Part shown: piece after piece, positions 29,996 to 38,515 of the stretch
Layout of the letters: each line of letters opens with the position of its first letter
How positions within the stretch are numbered: the stretch's first letter is position 1
From: an uncultured virus (IMG/VR IMGVR_UViG_3300031566_000004)
Taxonomy: Duplodnaviria; Heunggongvirae; Uroviricota; Caudoviricetes
Length of the DNA stretch: 64,000 bases
Virus record (IMG/VR): IMGVR_UViG_3300031566_000004
Reading direction: 5' to 3' (one strand)
Position numbers and translations under genes: made by a program
Notes under the pieces: generated by a model
Databases searched by the model: none
Told to the model about the DNA's origin: nothing
Seen by the model: only the letters and a program-made list of their open reading frames with translations

Positions 29996-30288
29996 TACTT
30001 TTTATTAATTACATAATCATTAACGTGTAACCATTCAAGAAATCCGCCTGTTGTAACTGACTCAGATCTTGTTCTAGCGTATAATTCATACATTTGATGT
30101 AGTTTATATATATTATAAACAGGTTCCTTTTCTTTAATGTTTTCAATTATATATTTACGTATATTGTATAATACAATAGCAAAACCAAAAATAATTAAAG
30201 CTAGTATATAGTCACTCGCCATTAAAGATATTACCATACTAATCAAATAACATCCAATTATAGCTGTTAATGTATTTTTTATATTCAT
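29995..30288 (-). CDS. membrane protein
   Basis: two N-terminal TM helices. Confidence 0.55.
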   Translation of the reverse strand: MNIKNTLTAIIGCYLISMVISLMASDYILALIIFGFAIVLYNIRKYIIENIKEKEPVYNIYKLHQMYELYARTRSESVTTGGFLEWLHVNDYVINKK

Positions 30289-30337
30289 AATTTATTTTTT
30301 AAGTTTATTGGTTTATCGTATATCGAGATACGCAATA

Positions 30338-30550
30338 TTAGCTATTATTTTTAGCTGCTTTAAGTAAATCTCCAATAGTATTAATACCTTGATTACTATT
30401 GTCTATTGCTTCTACTTCTATTTCATGCGGTAATAGTTCAGCTAATTCATCTGTAAACCATACTGACACTTTACCACCCCCTATACCTACTCTTCTTGCT
30501 ATAGGTTTAACTTCTCCTGAAGGGAGTTTAATACCAAATGTTGTACTCAT
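30338..30550 (-). CDS. hypothetical protein
   Basis: likely start MSTTFG at 30550. Confidence 0.55.
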   Translation of the reverse strand: MSTTFGIKLPSGEVKPIARRVGIGGGKVSVWFTDELAELLPHEIEVEAIDNSNQGINTIGDLLKAAKNNS

Positions 30551-30551
30551 A

Positions 30552-30704
30552 TTAATAAGGATTAAATAAAAGTTCATCATATTTATCAGAACCTTTTATG
30601 TAAAGAAAATATTGATATTTATAATGTTGTCTAGAATAATCATTAGGCTTATAGATTATTGAGCCCATGTAATTAATTTTAATAGTTATTCTTAGTATAT
30701 TCAT
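30552..30704 (-). CDS. orphan mini-protein family member (50 aa, MNILRI...FNPY)
   Basis: hand-translated; same termini as the 38-43 kb array. Confidence 0.65.
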   Translation of the reverse strand: MNILRITIKINYMGSIIYKPNDYSRQHYKYQYFLYIKGSDKYDELLFNPY

Positions 30705-30716
30705 AATAATGTAATT

Positions 30717-30746
30717 AAAAAAGGGTGATCTTATTTGACCACCCTT
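30717..30746 (-). terminator. intrinsic terminator
   Basis: AAAGGGTG/CACCCTTT stem plus T-run. Confidence 0.55.
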
Positions 30747-30831
30747 TAAAGTTTAATTCTGACCGGGAGACTTTTCGCGATTAAAACTGTAAACCCTACA
30801 TTAATAATAAAGTCTCACCGGTAGTTTTATA

Positions 30832-31308
30832 CTACATTTCGTTTAATTCTGCTTGAATTTTAAGCATATCATTTGCTAATTTTTGATCAGCAGATAAGTT
30901 TTCTTCAAGAGTAGACTTAATTCTGTTAAGTCTTTCTAGTTGACTTTGGAATGCTACTTCTTGAATACGCATAGCAATATCTTCTTTCCAAACATTTGCA
31001 GAAAAACCAGCAATAGTAAACTCTGGTGTTTTAATACTAAGATTAAGATTAATAATTTCTTGATTATACGCCTTTTCTTTAGTTGTTATAGTAGCACTTA
31101 ACATAATTAGATCATCTAATTTGTTTATATGAGCTACTTCTGATAACCCTGGATAAGCCACGCCTAGTGTGCTTGCTTTTTTCGCACCGCTGCCTGTAAG
31201 TTTTTTAATTTGCGCGTTTACGTCATCTAACATAGCAGGAATCTTATCTGCTGAATACTGAGTAACTTTTGCCACTTCGGTCTTTGCTGTTGTTTTTTTC
31301 TTAACCAT
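30832..31308 (-). CDS. hypothetical coiled-coil protein
   Basis: 158-aa ORF. Confidence 0.65.
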   Translation of the reverse strand: MVKKKTTAKTEVAKVTQYSADKIPAMLDDVNAQIKKLTGSGAKKASTLGVAYPGLSEVAHINKLDDLIMLSATITTKEKAYNQEIINLNLSIKTPEFTIAGFSANVWKEDIAMRIQEVAFQSQLERLNRIKSTLEENLSADQKLANDMLKIQAELNEM

Positions 31309-31335
31309 TTTACTTTTTGATTTTATTTGTTTATA

Positions 31336-31572
31336 TTAAAAAATTGATAATGTTTCTACACTTATTTTTTTCATTAATTTAAAGGATTCAAGAGCTTTAT
31401 GTCTTTGATTCTTTGTAATATTAGTACCACGAATAAGAGTGTTTGCGCTTGTTATTAAACTATCTTCTTCTACTAAAAGTTTGTCTCCAAAATTCATACT
31501 AACTGAATATTTAGTAGCGTATAAGATTTCTCCTTTTTCTATAAGTTCCCCTATTTTTATTTCTCTGTACAT
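31336..31572 (-). CDS. ExLxIF-tail protein
   Basis: ends VETLSIF. Confidence 0.7.
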   Translation of the reverse strand: MYREIKIGELIEKGEILYATKYSVSMNFGDKLLVEEDSLITSANTLIRGTNITKNQRHKALESFKLMKKISVETLSIF

Positions 31573-31575
31573 AAT

Positions 31576-31887
31576 CTAGAATATTTCTAATGTTTCTACA
31601 ATACTCATATTAATATCATGATATGGTATAAACTTCTTTGCTTTAACACATTGTTGAAACCATATTTTTTGTTCATGTGATGCTAGTTTACATGAGTCTA
31701 TTCCATCATACATATAACTATTACCACAGTTGAAGTTTCCCATAACCTTAGTAAAGTTTTTGTTATTATATGAAATATAAGAATCTATGATATCTTTACC
31801 ACTATAACGGACGGTACCTATGTAGGTTTTATTATCATTAAAATGAAATGTGTATATTTCACCTTCTTTTAAATCTTCTTTTTTCAT
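31576..31887 (-). CDS. ExLxIF-tail protein
   Basis: ends VETLEIF. Confidence 0.7.
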   Translation of the reverse strand: MKKEDLKEGEIYTFHFNDNKTYIGTVRYSGKDIIDSYISYNNKNFTKVMGNFNCGNSYMYDGIDSCKLASHEQKIWFQQCVKAKKFIPYHDINMSIVETLEIF

Positions 31888-31889
31888 AG

Positions 31890-32153
31890 TTAAAATATTT
31901 CTAGTGTTTCTATCTGTGAATAATTATTTAGATATTTTTCAAACGCATTTACTGATTTAAAGTGTATACCCCAAAAATTATCCCTACAATGAAAGGAAGC
32001 TTTATTGTTACAATAACCATAATAAGTACCGCTTCCATTATATGTTTTTTCCTTTAATACACCATAGAGTAAATTATCTAATTTTGTAAATTCATCTTGA
32101 CAAGAGCCGACGTATACACTAAAAGCTCCTAATTCTTTTATTTTTTGTTTCAT
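31890..32153 (-). CDS. ExLxIF-tail protein
   Basis: ends IETLEIF. Confidence 0.7.
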   Translation of the reverse strand: MKQKIKELGAFSVYVGSCQDEFTKLDNLLYGVLKEKTYNGSGTYYGYCNNKASFHCRDNFWGIHFKSVNAFEKYLNNYSQIETLEIF

Positions 32154-32162
32154 AATGTTATT

Positions 32163-32399
32163 TTAAAATATTTCAAGTAATTCTATTTTACGTATTTTAC
32201 ATAGCACAAAATTAGGATACCAATAGTGATTATTTAGTTTAATATCTTTATAGTCATGACTAATATTATGAATATCAATAATTTTATATTTTTTACCTAT
32301 TGAATTACTCATACTACTAATCCAAGAAGTGTCATATTCCTCATCTTCAGTAGGTTTACGTAAAACTATTACTTCATCACCTATGTTAAGCTCTTCCAT
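32163..32399 (-). CDS. ExLxIF-tail protein
   Basis: ends IELLEIF; apparent paralog of 37167-37394. Confidence 0.7.
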   Translation of the reverse strand: MEELNIGDEVIVLRKPTEDEEYDTSWISSMSNSIGKKYKIIDIHNISHDYKDIKLNNHYWYPNFVLCKIRKIELLEIF

Positions 32400-32401
32400 A
32401 A

Positions 32402-32743
32402 TTATTTATTAAAATCTGTTAGTTTCTTGATGTGTTTCCAAGGGTCTTCACCACCATCAGGGTCTTCGCATAAATCACCTTCTATGTATTTTACAACATA
32501 CCAATGACTACCGCCATCACTCGCAGCAACCCATTCCCCTTTCTCAAATGTTACTGGTCTTATTTGGCTAAACCCCTCTAAGGTGTATTCTGTGAAGGAA
32601 ATTAGGTCGTTGTGGATTGCACGCTGCACTCCTTCAAAAATAATATAATGAAATTTATTCTCTGTTCTAGAGGGCTTATCATACTCACCCCACCCAAAAG
32701 GATAAACAAACACTCTATCGCCTTTTTTAAATATTGTTTTCAT
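32402..32743 (-). CDS. hypothetical protein
   Basis: FKKGDRV start; SFTEYTLEGFSQ.RP. Confidence 0.6.
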   Translation of the reverse strand: MKTIFKKGDRVFVYPFGWGEYDKPSRTENKFHYIIFEGVQRAIHNDLISFTEYTLEGFSQIRPVTFEKGEWVAASDGGSHWYVVKYIEGDLCEDPDGGEDPWKHIKKLTDFNK

Positions 32744-32747
32744 AGTT

Positions 32748-33164
32748 TTAGTTTTTTTCAAACATACTTTTTAACTTTTCTTCAAGTTTTGGAAACACCT
32801 TATAGATTTGGTTTTTGTAAGCATCAGATATTTCTAATATTTTACCAGTTGTAATCTTTTCAAAATCTTCTTTCCACTCATCAGGTACGCTAAAAATATA
32901 CGTTCCATAAGTGCTATCATAACTATCATCAAAAGTTGTTACGAAATTTGGGTGCTTCATTAATTCTTCTTCGCCAAAATCACAACCTCTATTGCCGCCA
33001 CCTACACGAGTATAAACGTGCAAATAATTGTCGTATTCAGGATGCTCTTCGTCTTTTAAAAAGAAGTTTCTAAATCTTGGATACTCGTCAGGGTGTTTCC
33101 CTAACATTGGCAATACAAAGAAAGTCAACTGACTTACTCCGTTCATCATATTGTACATACTCAT
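32748..33164 (-). CDS. hypothetical protein
   Basis: likely start MSMYN; YTRVGGGNR, DDSYDSTY. Confidence 0.65.
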   Translation of the reverse strand: MSMYNMMNGVSQLTFFVLPMLGKHPDEYPRFRNFFLKDEEHPEYDNYLHVYTRVGGGNRGCDFGEEELMKHPNFVTTFDDSYDSTYGTYIFSVPDEWKEDFEKITTGKILEISDAYKNQIYKVFPKLEEKLKSMFEKN

Positions 33165-33213
33165 AGTTTTAGTTTTAATTATTTTAATGTTTTTAATGTG
33201 GTTTATGCGGTTG

Positions 33214-33477
33214 TTACCCAACATACTCAGGGAAGTACTCTTTTACTAATTTAGAGTTTCCGTTGTTTGGGTTGTACCATATTAGCTTTTGCCGTTCATT
33301 CATATCCTCTTTTATACAATGTGGATGACAAGCCCATATAAATATGTAAACACCACCTTCTTCAAGTATTGCGTTTATTGCCATTGTATCTTTTCCCCAT
33401 CCACTACTGTTTTGGAATTTAATTCTTTTATTTGGGTCTAGTTTAGGTAGTATTTCTAGTAATTGTTTTGCCTTCAT
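33214..33477 (-). CDS. hypothetical protein
   Basis: 87 aa; stop lies inside a GGGTAAC box. Confidence 0.6.
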   Translation of the reverse strand: MKAKQLLEILPKLDPNKRIKFQNSSGWGKDTMAINAILEEGGVYIFIWACHPHCIKEDMNERQKLIWYNPNNGNSKLVKEYFPEYVG

Positions 33478-33512
33478 TTTGTTTAGTTTTTATCGTGGAT
33501 GTTTCCATACCC

Positions 33513-33746
33513 CTAAAATTTACCTGAGTTTAAATGTCCTCTGAAGTTATAAACAATACTAGCTCTATTATTCCAACAAACAAAGTAATCTAATTCGTCT
33601 ATTGTTTCTCTATACATTACATTGTCCCAACCATTAGGTTTTATTCCTGGTGACCACCATGCTTGTTTTTCCTCATCCCAACACTCCAAAAACTCAACAG
33701 GCTTTTCGTTCTCTTCTTTCTTGTCTAATCTTAATACTTTTCTCAT
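33513..33746 (-). CDS. hypothetical protein
   Basis: 77-aa ORF. Confidence 0.55.
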   Translation of the reverse strand: MRKVLRLDKKEENEKPVEFLECWDEEKQAWWSPGIKPNGWDNVMYRETIDELDYFVCWNNRASIVYNFRGHLNSGKF

Positions 33747-33747
33747 A

Positions 33748-33972
33748 CTAAATATTGTTTTCAGATTGACAACCTGAACAAAGTTTCACTATATTTTTCT
33801 CAAAAATACCACCACAAAAATCACAAGTTTCTTTTTTATAATTTATAGAGTTTTCTATTTGTAAATGTAGCCAACTAACAAAAGTCTGTAAGTATTCAAC
33901 TCTTCCTACTCCTTTTATTGTAGGTGTTTGTTCTTCAAATTTTTTCTGTAATTCAGTTCTGTTGTCTTTCAT
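33748..33972 (-). CDS. small zinc-ribbon protein
   Basis: CDFC...CSGC. Confidence 0.55.
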   Translation of the reverse strand: MKDNRTELQKKFEEQTPTIKGVGRVEYLQTFVSWLHLQIENSINYKKETCDFCGGIFEKNIVKLCSGCQSENNI

Positions 33973-34022
33973 TATTTTTAGTTTTTATTAGTTTAACGTT
34001 ATTAATGTGGTTTATACAGTTG

Positions 34023-34178
34023 TTATGCACCATTATAGTTTTGTGCATATTTATAATTACTCTCGTGCGTTTCAGTTAATGTGGTACATCCACATTTGCA
34101 TTTTTCTTTTGGTGCTATCCAAATATCTTTACAGTTGTTGCAAATCAATACTTTTTTGTCATTCCAATTTGTTATCAT
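34023..34178 (-). CDS. small zinc-ribbon protein (51 aa)
   Basis: hand-translated MITNW...CNNC...CKCG...NGA; stop lies inside a GCATAAC box. Confidence 0.55.
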   Translation of the reverse strand: MITNWNDKKVLICNNCKDIWIAPKEKCKCGCTTLTETHESNYKYAQNYNGA

Positions 34179-34232
34179 AATTATTTGTTTTGAATTATTA
34201 ATAAAACAAAAGGCAATTAAGCCTTTTGTTTA

Positions 34233-34979
34233 TTATAAGTTTTCTTCTATAAATTTATCCATTTGCTCTTTAAATACTTCTCTTAATTTAGGATGAGAAG
34301 TTTTAGTTGTATCTAAAGATTTATAAAGTAGTTCAATCACTTCTTCTCTATTCCAACTATCCTTAATAGCATGAATAGTGATAGTATTGTGTGAGTCTGT
34401 TTTTAGAGATAAAACCCTATGCTCAGGCAACCAAGCTTTATTATTAAAATGAACCCTATACTCCACATCCACTTCATCAATACCACCTACTTTACAATAC
34501 TTCTCGATGAAGGCTTGTGATGGTTGCGGTAAAGTAAGCTTAGGGTCAGTAGATGCTATGATTTTTCTACAGTCGTTTAAATATATCTTTTTTCTATTTT
34601 GAGTATAACTTCCATCAATATTATAAGGTACAAAATAATTAGGTTTATTTAAAAACTCTGCTAAAAGAGGGAAATCTCCTTTATAATTAGCATGACTATT
34701 TGAAGTTATTTTCCCTATACCATAATATTTAGAATATATATTATCATCTTTCTTTATCTCTTCATCTGTTGTGAAGTATAGGTGGTTTATATGTGTTTTA
34801 ATACCAATACCATTCCATGCATGCCCATTAACTGTAACTCTTTCACATTTAAGTGCTTCAAGCTTACCCCAGTTATATTTTCTTGAATCATTAATAAAGA
34901 ATTTTCCTTCCTTTACTTGATACTTTTGATCTTCTACTGGTAACATAACCACCTTACATCTTTTTCTATTACTTTCCAT
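34233..34979 (-). CDS. hypothetical phage protein
   Basis: 248 aa; HLYFTTDEEIK, KIIASTD, LPQPSQAFIEKY, SWNREEV blocks. Confidence 0.7.
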   Translation of the reverse strand: MESNRKRCKVVMLPVEDQKYQVKEGKFFINDSRKYNWGKLEALKCERVTVNGHAWNGIGIKTHINHLYFTTDEEIKKDDNIYSKYYGIGKITSNSHANYKGDFPLLAEFLNKPNYFVPYNIDGSYTQNRKKIYLNDCRKIIASTDPKLTLPQPSQAFIEKYCKVGGIDEVDVEYRVHFNNKAWLPEHRVLSLKTDSHNTITIHAIKDSWNREEVIELLYKSLDTTKTSHPKLREVFKEQMDKFIEENL

Positions 34980-35015
34980 TTGTTTAAGTTTTAGATTAAT
35001 AATTAATAAATAAAA

Positions 35016-35171
35016 TTATTCAGCGTTTAAAAAGTCTTCATATAATTTTACTTTCGCCTCTAACTTTCTAATGTGTTTACCTTTAGTAATATCACCTTTC
35101 TTAAGTCTTGAGGCTTTTTGCCTTCTCAATTCTTCTTTGTAATTTTCTAACTTATTTTTAATATCTTCCAT
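35016..35171 (-). CDS. small basic coiled-coil protein
   Basis: start MEDIK follows a duplicated leader sequence. Confidence 0.55.
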   Translation of the reverse strand: MEDIKNKLENYKEELRRQKASRLKKGDITKGKHIRKLEAKVKLYEDFLNAE

Positions 35172-35262
35172 CTGTTTAAGTTTTAGATTAATAATTAGTA
35201 TTAGCACCCTCTTTCTTACATCTTAACATACAACGCAGAGGTCATAAGAGTAGGGTGCCTCA

Positions 35263-35694
35263 CTATTTAAGTATATTATTTTCTTCAATATAAGTTTCTC
35301 TTGCAATCCTACATTCGTCAATAGTTTCAAAATATCCTAATGATATATTTTTACCATCAACTTTGATTTGCTGTCTATATTTACTAGCTCTTTTTTCATA
35401 GTAACAACCTTTAACTCCTGTTTTATTAGTAGTTCTAATAGTTGCATTTCTATTTTGAATCTGTCTAGTAGCCCATCTACAATTAGAAGGACAATAATTT
35501 AATGCTGAATTTAATCTATCAATTTCTAGATCATCAGCATATCCATTAGATAATGCCCAAATTTCAAAACCTTCAAAATTAACCCATTCTACAGTTATTC
35601 CTTTAGCTCCATAATAACTATAACTGTTGTGATTAGGGTTATTACATCTTTGCTTCATACCATTATAGATATTATATAATCTTTTATTTTTCAT
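35263..35694 (-). CDS. HNH homing endonuclease with AP2-like domain
   Basis: MKQRC.NP, YGAKGI, IDRLN...YCPSNCRWA, TGVKG, LGYF. Confidence 0.85.
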   Translation of the reverse strand: MKNKRLYNIYNGMKQRCNNPNHNSYSYYGAKGITVEWVNFEGFEIWALSNGYADDLEIDRLNSALNYCPSNCRWATRQIQNRNATIRTTNKTGVKGCYYEKRASKYRQQIKVDGKNISLGYFETIDECRIARETYIEENNILK

Positions 35695-35719
35695 ATTACA
35701 AATATAAGTATAAACAATG

Positions 35720-36380
35720 GTAATTCCTAATACGTGTGACCCTATTATTAGCACCGTCAACATTACTTGGTACGGTCACGTAGTTACTTCGGGTCTTTCG
35801 AGGTTTCTGTTAATTCCTAGGAACTTAATATGAGGTAAACCTTTACCTTAATCATATTTTTACAGCTTCACTATAACTACTTGCTGAGAACTCCCAATAG
35901 TGTGAATTATCCTTTCTTGCGATTAAATCCAAGAGCCTTATAATCATATTAAGATTATCTTCCTAATTCACTAAGCAACATATCTCATTTAGTATCACTG
36001 GCTAACAGTTATGTTCTCACCTTGCTAAACTTTAAAATTGTGAGACTCATTATACTAATACAGTTGCATCTATTCCTAATTGTAATTTTATAACAGGTTT
36101 AAACATATAGAGACTGGTAAACTCAAATTCTCGGTTTAAATACTGTATAACTTAATACACAGCCCTTACTTCTGGCGTGTCTTAACTGTTGTAGTTTCGT
36201 CCTTCCTATACTGCCATAATTACAATCTTTACCATTACTGGTAGGTTATCTTTGATTTATGTGAGATAAGGGTTTTGCTCACAACAACTTATACGTAGTT
36301 GCCAAACGTGTGTAATACAACACAATATTAATAGTATCAATACATTATAACACTTATTCTAACCTGATTAATTCCAGATG
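35720..36380 (-). ncRNA. candidate large structured ncRNA (~650 nt)
   Basis: ORF-free and dense in hairpins and long-range inverted repeats; strand inferred from context. Confidence 0.5.
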
Positions 36381-36388
36381 TATATAAT

Positions 36389-36583
36389 TTAATCTTTTGG
36401 TTCAAAATTAATACATTCCTTTGTTTTCCACACAGGATCAAAGTTTATAGGATAATTAAACCATCCATTTTTCTTTCCATGCTCATGTCCTGTCATCTCA
36501 GGATCTGGTTTAGAACATGCACTATGAGCACTACCAGGAACCTCTCTTCTATGTTTACATTTATAACAATTTGTATTTTCCAT
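36389..36583 (-). CDS. small Cys-rich protein
   Basis: CYKC...HSAC...GWF.YP.NFDPVW...C. Confidence 0.65.
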   Translation of the reverse strand: MENTNCYKCKHRREVPGSAHSACSKPDPEMTGHEHGKKNGWFNYPINFDPVWKTKECINFEPKD

Positions 36584-36604
36584 AATTTCTAAGATTTTAA
36601 TTAA

Positions 36605-36712
36605 TAATCAGGTTCTATCAAGAACGCGGGTCTCAATGATAGATTATGCCTAAGTAGTCTTACCTACCCTGCACCAAAAGGTCTACGAAGCGTCCGTCTC
36701 AGCACCTGATTA
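36605..36712. ncRNA. candidate small structured RNA
   Basis: closing stem TAATCAGGT/ACCTGATTA with internal hairpins; GC-enriched. Confidence 0.4.
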
Positions 36713-36985
36713 AGTCCATAACTGAAGTCTAATTTTCATTAGTCTTAATAACATTTCGTCATCTTGTGCATCATCATCAGAATACTTTGGTTTTTTACGT
36801 TTTTTCCACCATTTATTTAGAAATCTTATCTCATCTACAAACTCTTTGTTGGCTTTATAATCACAGTGAGTATCACCTTTTTCTTTTTCAATATAATCTT
36901 GTAATATCTGAAAACAAGCATGTAACATTAATTCGTCACGATCAACGTAATGTTTTTTATTTAATGATTTTATTTTTAATTTCAC
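36710..36985 (-). CDS. hypothetical protein
   Basis: 91 aa; LMLHACFQIL, ends LWT. Confidence 0.65.
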   Translation of the reverse strand: MKLKIKSLNKKHYVDRDELMLHACFQILQDYIEKEKGDTHCDYKANKEFVDEIRFLNKWWKKRKKPKYSDDDAQDDEMLLRLMKIRLQLWT

Positions 36986-37166
36986 AATTTATAGTTTATT
37001 TAAACTCTTCTGGAATATGTTTATAGGTAATTTTTGCTTTAGCGTTTCTTTAAGTTCGTGCCATATTTCGGGTTCGTGTTCTTTTAAGCATTTCATTATT
37101 CTTATTGCAGTAGTTCCGTTTAACTGCATTTCACTTATTGTTATTTCTACTTTTTTACTCATAATT

Positions 37167-37394
37167 TTAAAATATATCTAGTTCTTCTATTATTGATGCT
37201 TTCTCCACTACTACACTTGGTATATAAAGACCAGTCTCTTTAAAACAAGGATTTCCATATGGACTAATATCCTGTACAGTCAAGGTTTTACCAATGTATC
37301 TGTCCATAGCTGGCATCCACTGGCAGCTACAACTACGTCCTTCAGAGTATGTTGCTCTTCTTGTTATAATTACTTTATCTCCTTTTTTTAACAT
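37167..37394 (-). CDS. ExLxIF-tail protein
   Basis: ends IEELDIF. Confidence 0.7.
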   Translation of the reverse strand: MLKKGDKVIITRRATYSEGRSCSCQWMPAMDRYIGKTLTVQDISPYGNPCFKETGLYIPSVVVEKASIIEELDIF

Positions 37395-37412
37395 AATAAG
37401 TTTTATTTAATT

Positions 37413-37706
37413 TTAAAATATGTCTAATTCTTGTATATTACTTGTAGTACCATAATTCTCACCAAAATATTCTTTTTCTGCTTTAAGAAATCTAATAACT
37501 TCAGAATTAGTCATTTCTCTTATAGGATAATTTCGATTAGGATCATATAATGCACTATCAACAATATAAGGTTTCTCTTCACCGTTTTTTAAATAAAATT
37601 TTTTAACAGGAACTACAGCGTCAGACTCATTTAAGTGAGAGTATCTAAAATAATAATCATGTATATATCCGTTTACCTTGTATAATTTATTTTTTACTAA
37701 TTCCAT
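37413..37706 (-). CDS. ExLxIF-tail protein
   Basis: ends IQELDIF. Confidence 0.7.
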   Translation of the reverse strand: MELVKNKLYKVNGYIHDYYFRYSHLNESDAVVPVKKFYLKNGEEKPYIVDSALYDPNRNYPIREMTNSEVIRFLKAEKEYFGENYGTTSNIQELDIF

Positions 37707-37745
37707 TGTTTATAATTTTAGTTTAAAATTTAGTTTTATTTTATA

Positions 37746-37826
37746 TAGTCGCAACAGCTAGATTCAAACTAGCCCTGTCATATTATTTAGACGTGTCAAC
37801 CTAACCCTTAAAGAGCTTTGTTGCGA
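37746..37826 (-). tRNA. tRNA-like element (degenerate)
   Basis: acceptor CGCAACA/TGTTGCG, T-arm GCTAG-TTTGAAT-CTAGC, D-like hairpin; no clear anticodon arm. Confidence 0.4.
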
Positions 37827-37876
37827 AATACTAGACTTTCCTATCTAGCAGCAGATCTTTGTCTGAGGTTTATTAT

Positions 37877-38044
37877 TTAAATAGATATGATTCTTGGGTT
37901 TTACTATAGGTTATTACCCTATGCCTGATGTCTTGCAAAACAGAGCAGGGCCCTCAACAGAGTATCACTGGTGGTCTCGGTGATCAAATCCGGGATTAAG
38001 TGATTCCTTTCAATATCCATTATATCTTCTGTATATCTATTTAA
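37877..38044. ncRNA. candidate structured RNA
   Basis: 12-bp closing stem TTAAATAGATAT/ATATCTATTTAA enclosing GC-richer hairpins. Confidence 0.4.
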
Positions 38045-38066
38045 TAAAGTCTTAAATTATGTGATG

Positions 38067-38204
38067 TTAATATAGTCTCATGGGTTTCATTCTAAATACT
38101 GTAGTCATAGGTCCTCCTGTAGTTACAAAAAAACCATAAGCATAAGGATCATAAAAATGCATACGTATATCTCTAGAGTATTTTCTTAATTTTAAATTTA
38201 TCAT
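38067..38204 (-). CDS. array mini-protein 45 aa MINLKL...MRLY
   Basis: hand-translated. Confidence 0.75.
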   Translation of the reverse strand: MINLKLRKYSRDIRMHFYDPYAYGFFVTTGGPMTTVFRMKPMRLY

Positions 38205-38215
38205 ATGTTATACGT

Positions 38216-38392
38216 TTAGTAAGGTCTTAACCCGGATAATTCCCCATGATATGCACTAGTACTATTACTAAATATTATAAAAACCGCTTGATGCCCGTAG
38301 TGATCTAATAATATGTCAGTATACTCGTCAACTCCGTATAACACTAAGTTTAAGGTTATCTCATCTTTTACAAAAAATTTTAAATTTATCAT
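38216..38392 (-). CDS. array mini-protein 58 aa MINLKF...LRPY
   Basis: hand-translated. Confidence 0.75.
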   Translation of the reverse strand: MINLKFFVKDEITLNLVLYGVDEYTDILLDHYGHQAVFIIFSNSTSAYHGELSGLRPY

Positions 38393-38403
38393 GTTAATTT
38401 AAT

Positions 38404-38514
38404 TTAATAGCATTGAACATACTTATTATATTCATAATCACTTTCTTCATATATAAGCCAAATAAGTGATTTTATAATAATTATGTCATCGTTGTCTATA
38501 TAAAATATTCTCAT
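38404..38514 (-). CDS. array mini-protein 36 aa MRIFYI...VQCY
   Basis: hand-translated. Confidence 0.6.
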   Translation of the reverse strand: MRIFYIDNDDIIIIKSLIWLIYEESDYEYNKYVQCY

Positions 38515-38515
38515 A

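Larger units (their letters stand above)
33193..34025. repeat. 24-bp direct repeat covering stop codons (attC-like half sites)
   Basis: 33193-33216 vs 34002-34025, 22/24 identical. Confidence 0.7.

Noticed and set aside
35263..36380. Group I intron carrying the HNH gene
   Set aside because: No split host gene flanks it and I could not identify the P7 core; kept only as an ncRNA candidate.
19144..36712. Hammerhead, twister or HDV-like ribozymes, or a SAM riboswitch, in the small structured elements
   Set aside because: Only partial look-alikes (e.g. TTGATGAG, TATCAAGA); no complete core could be assembled by eye.
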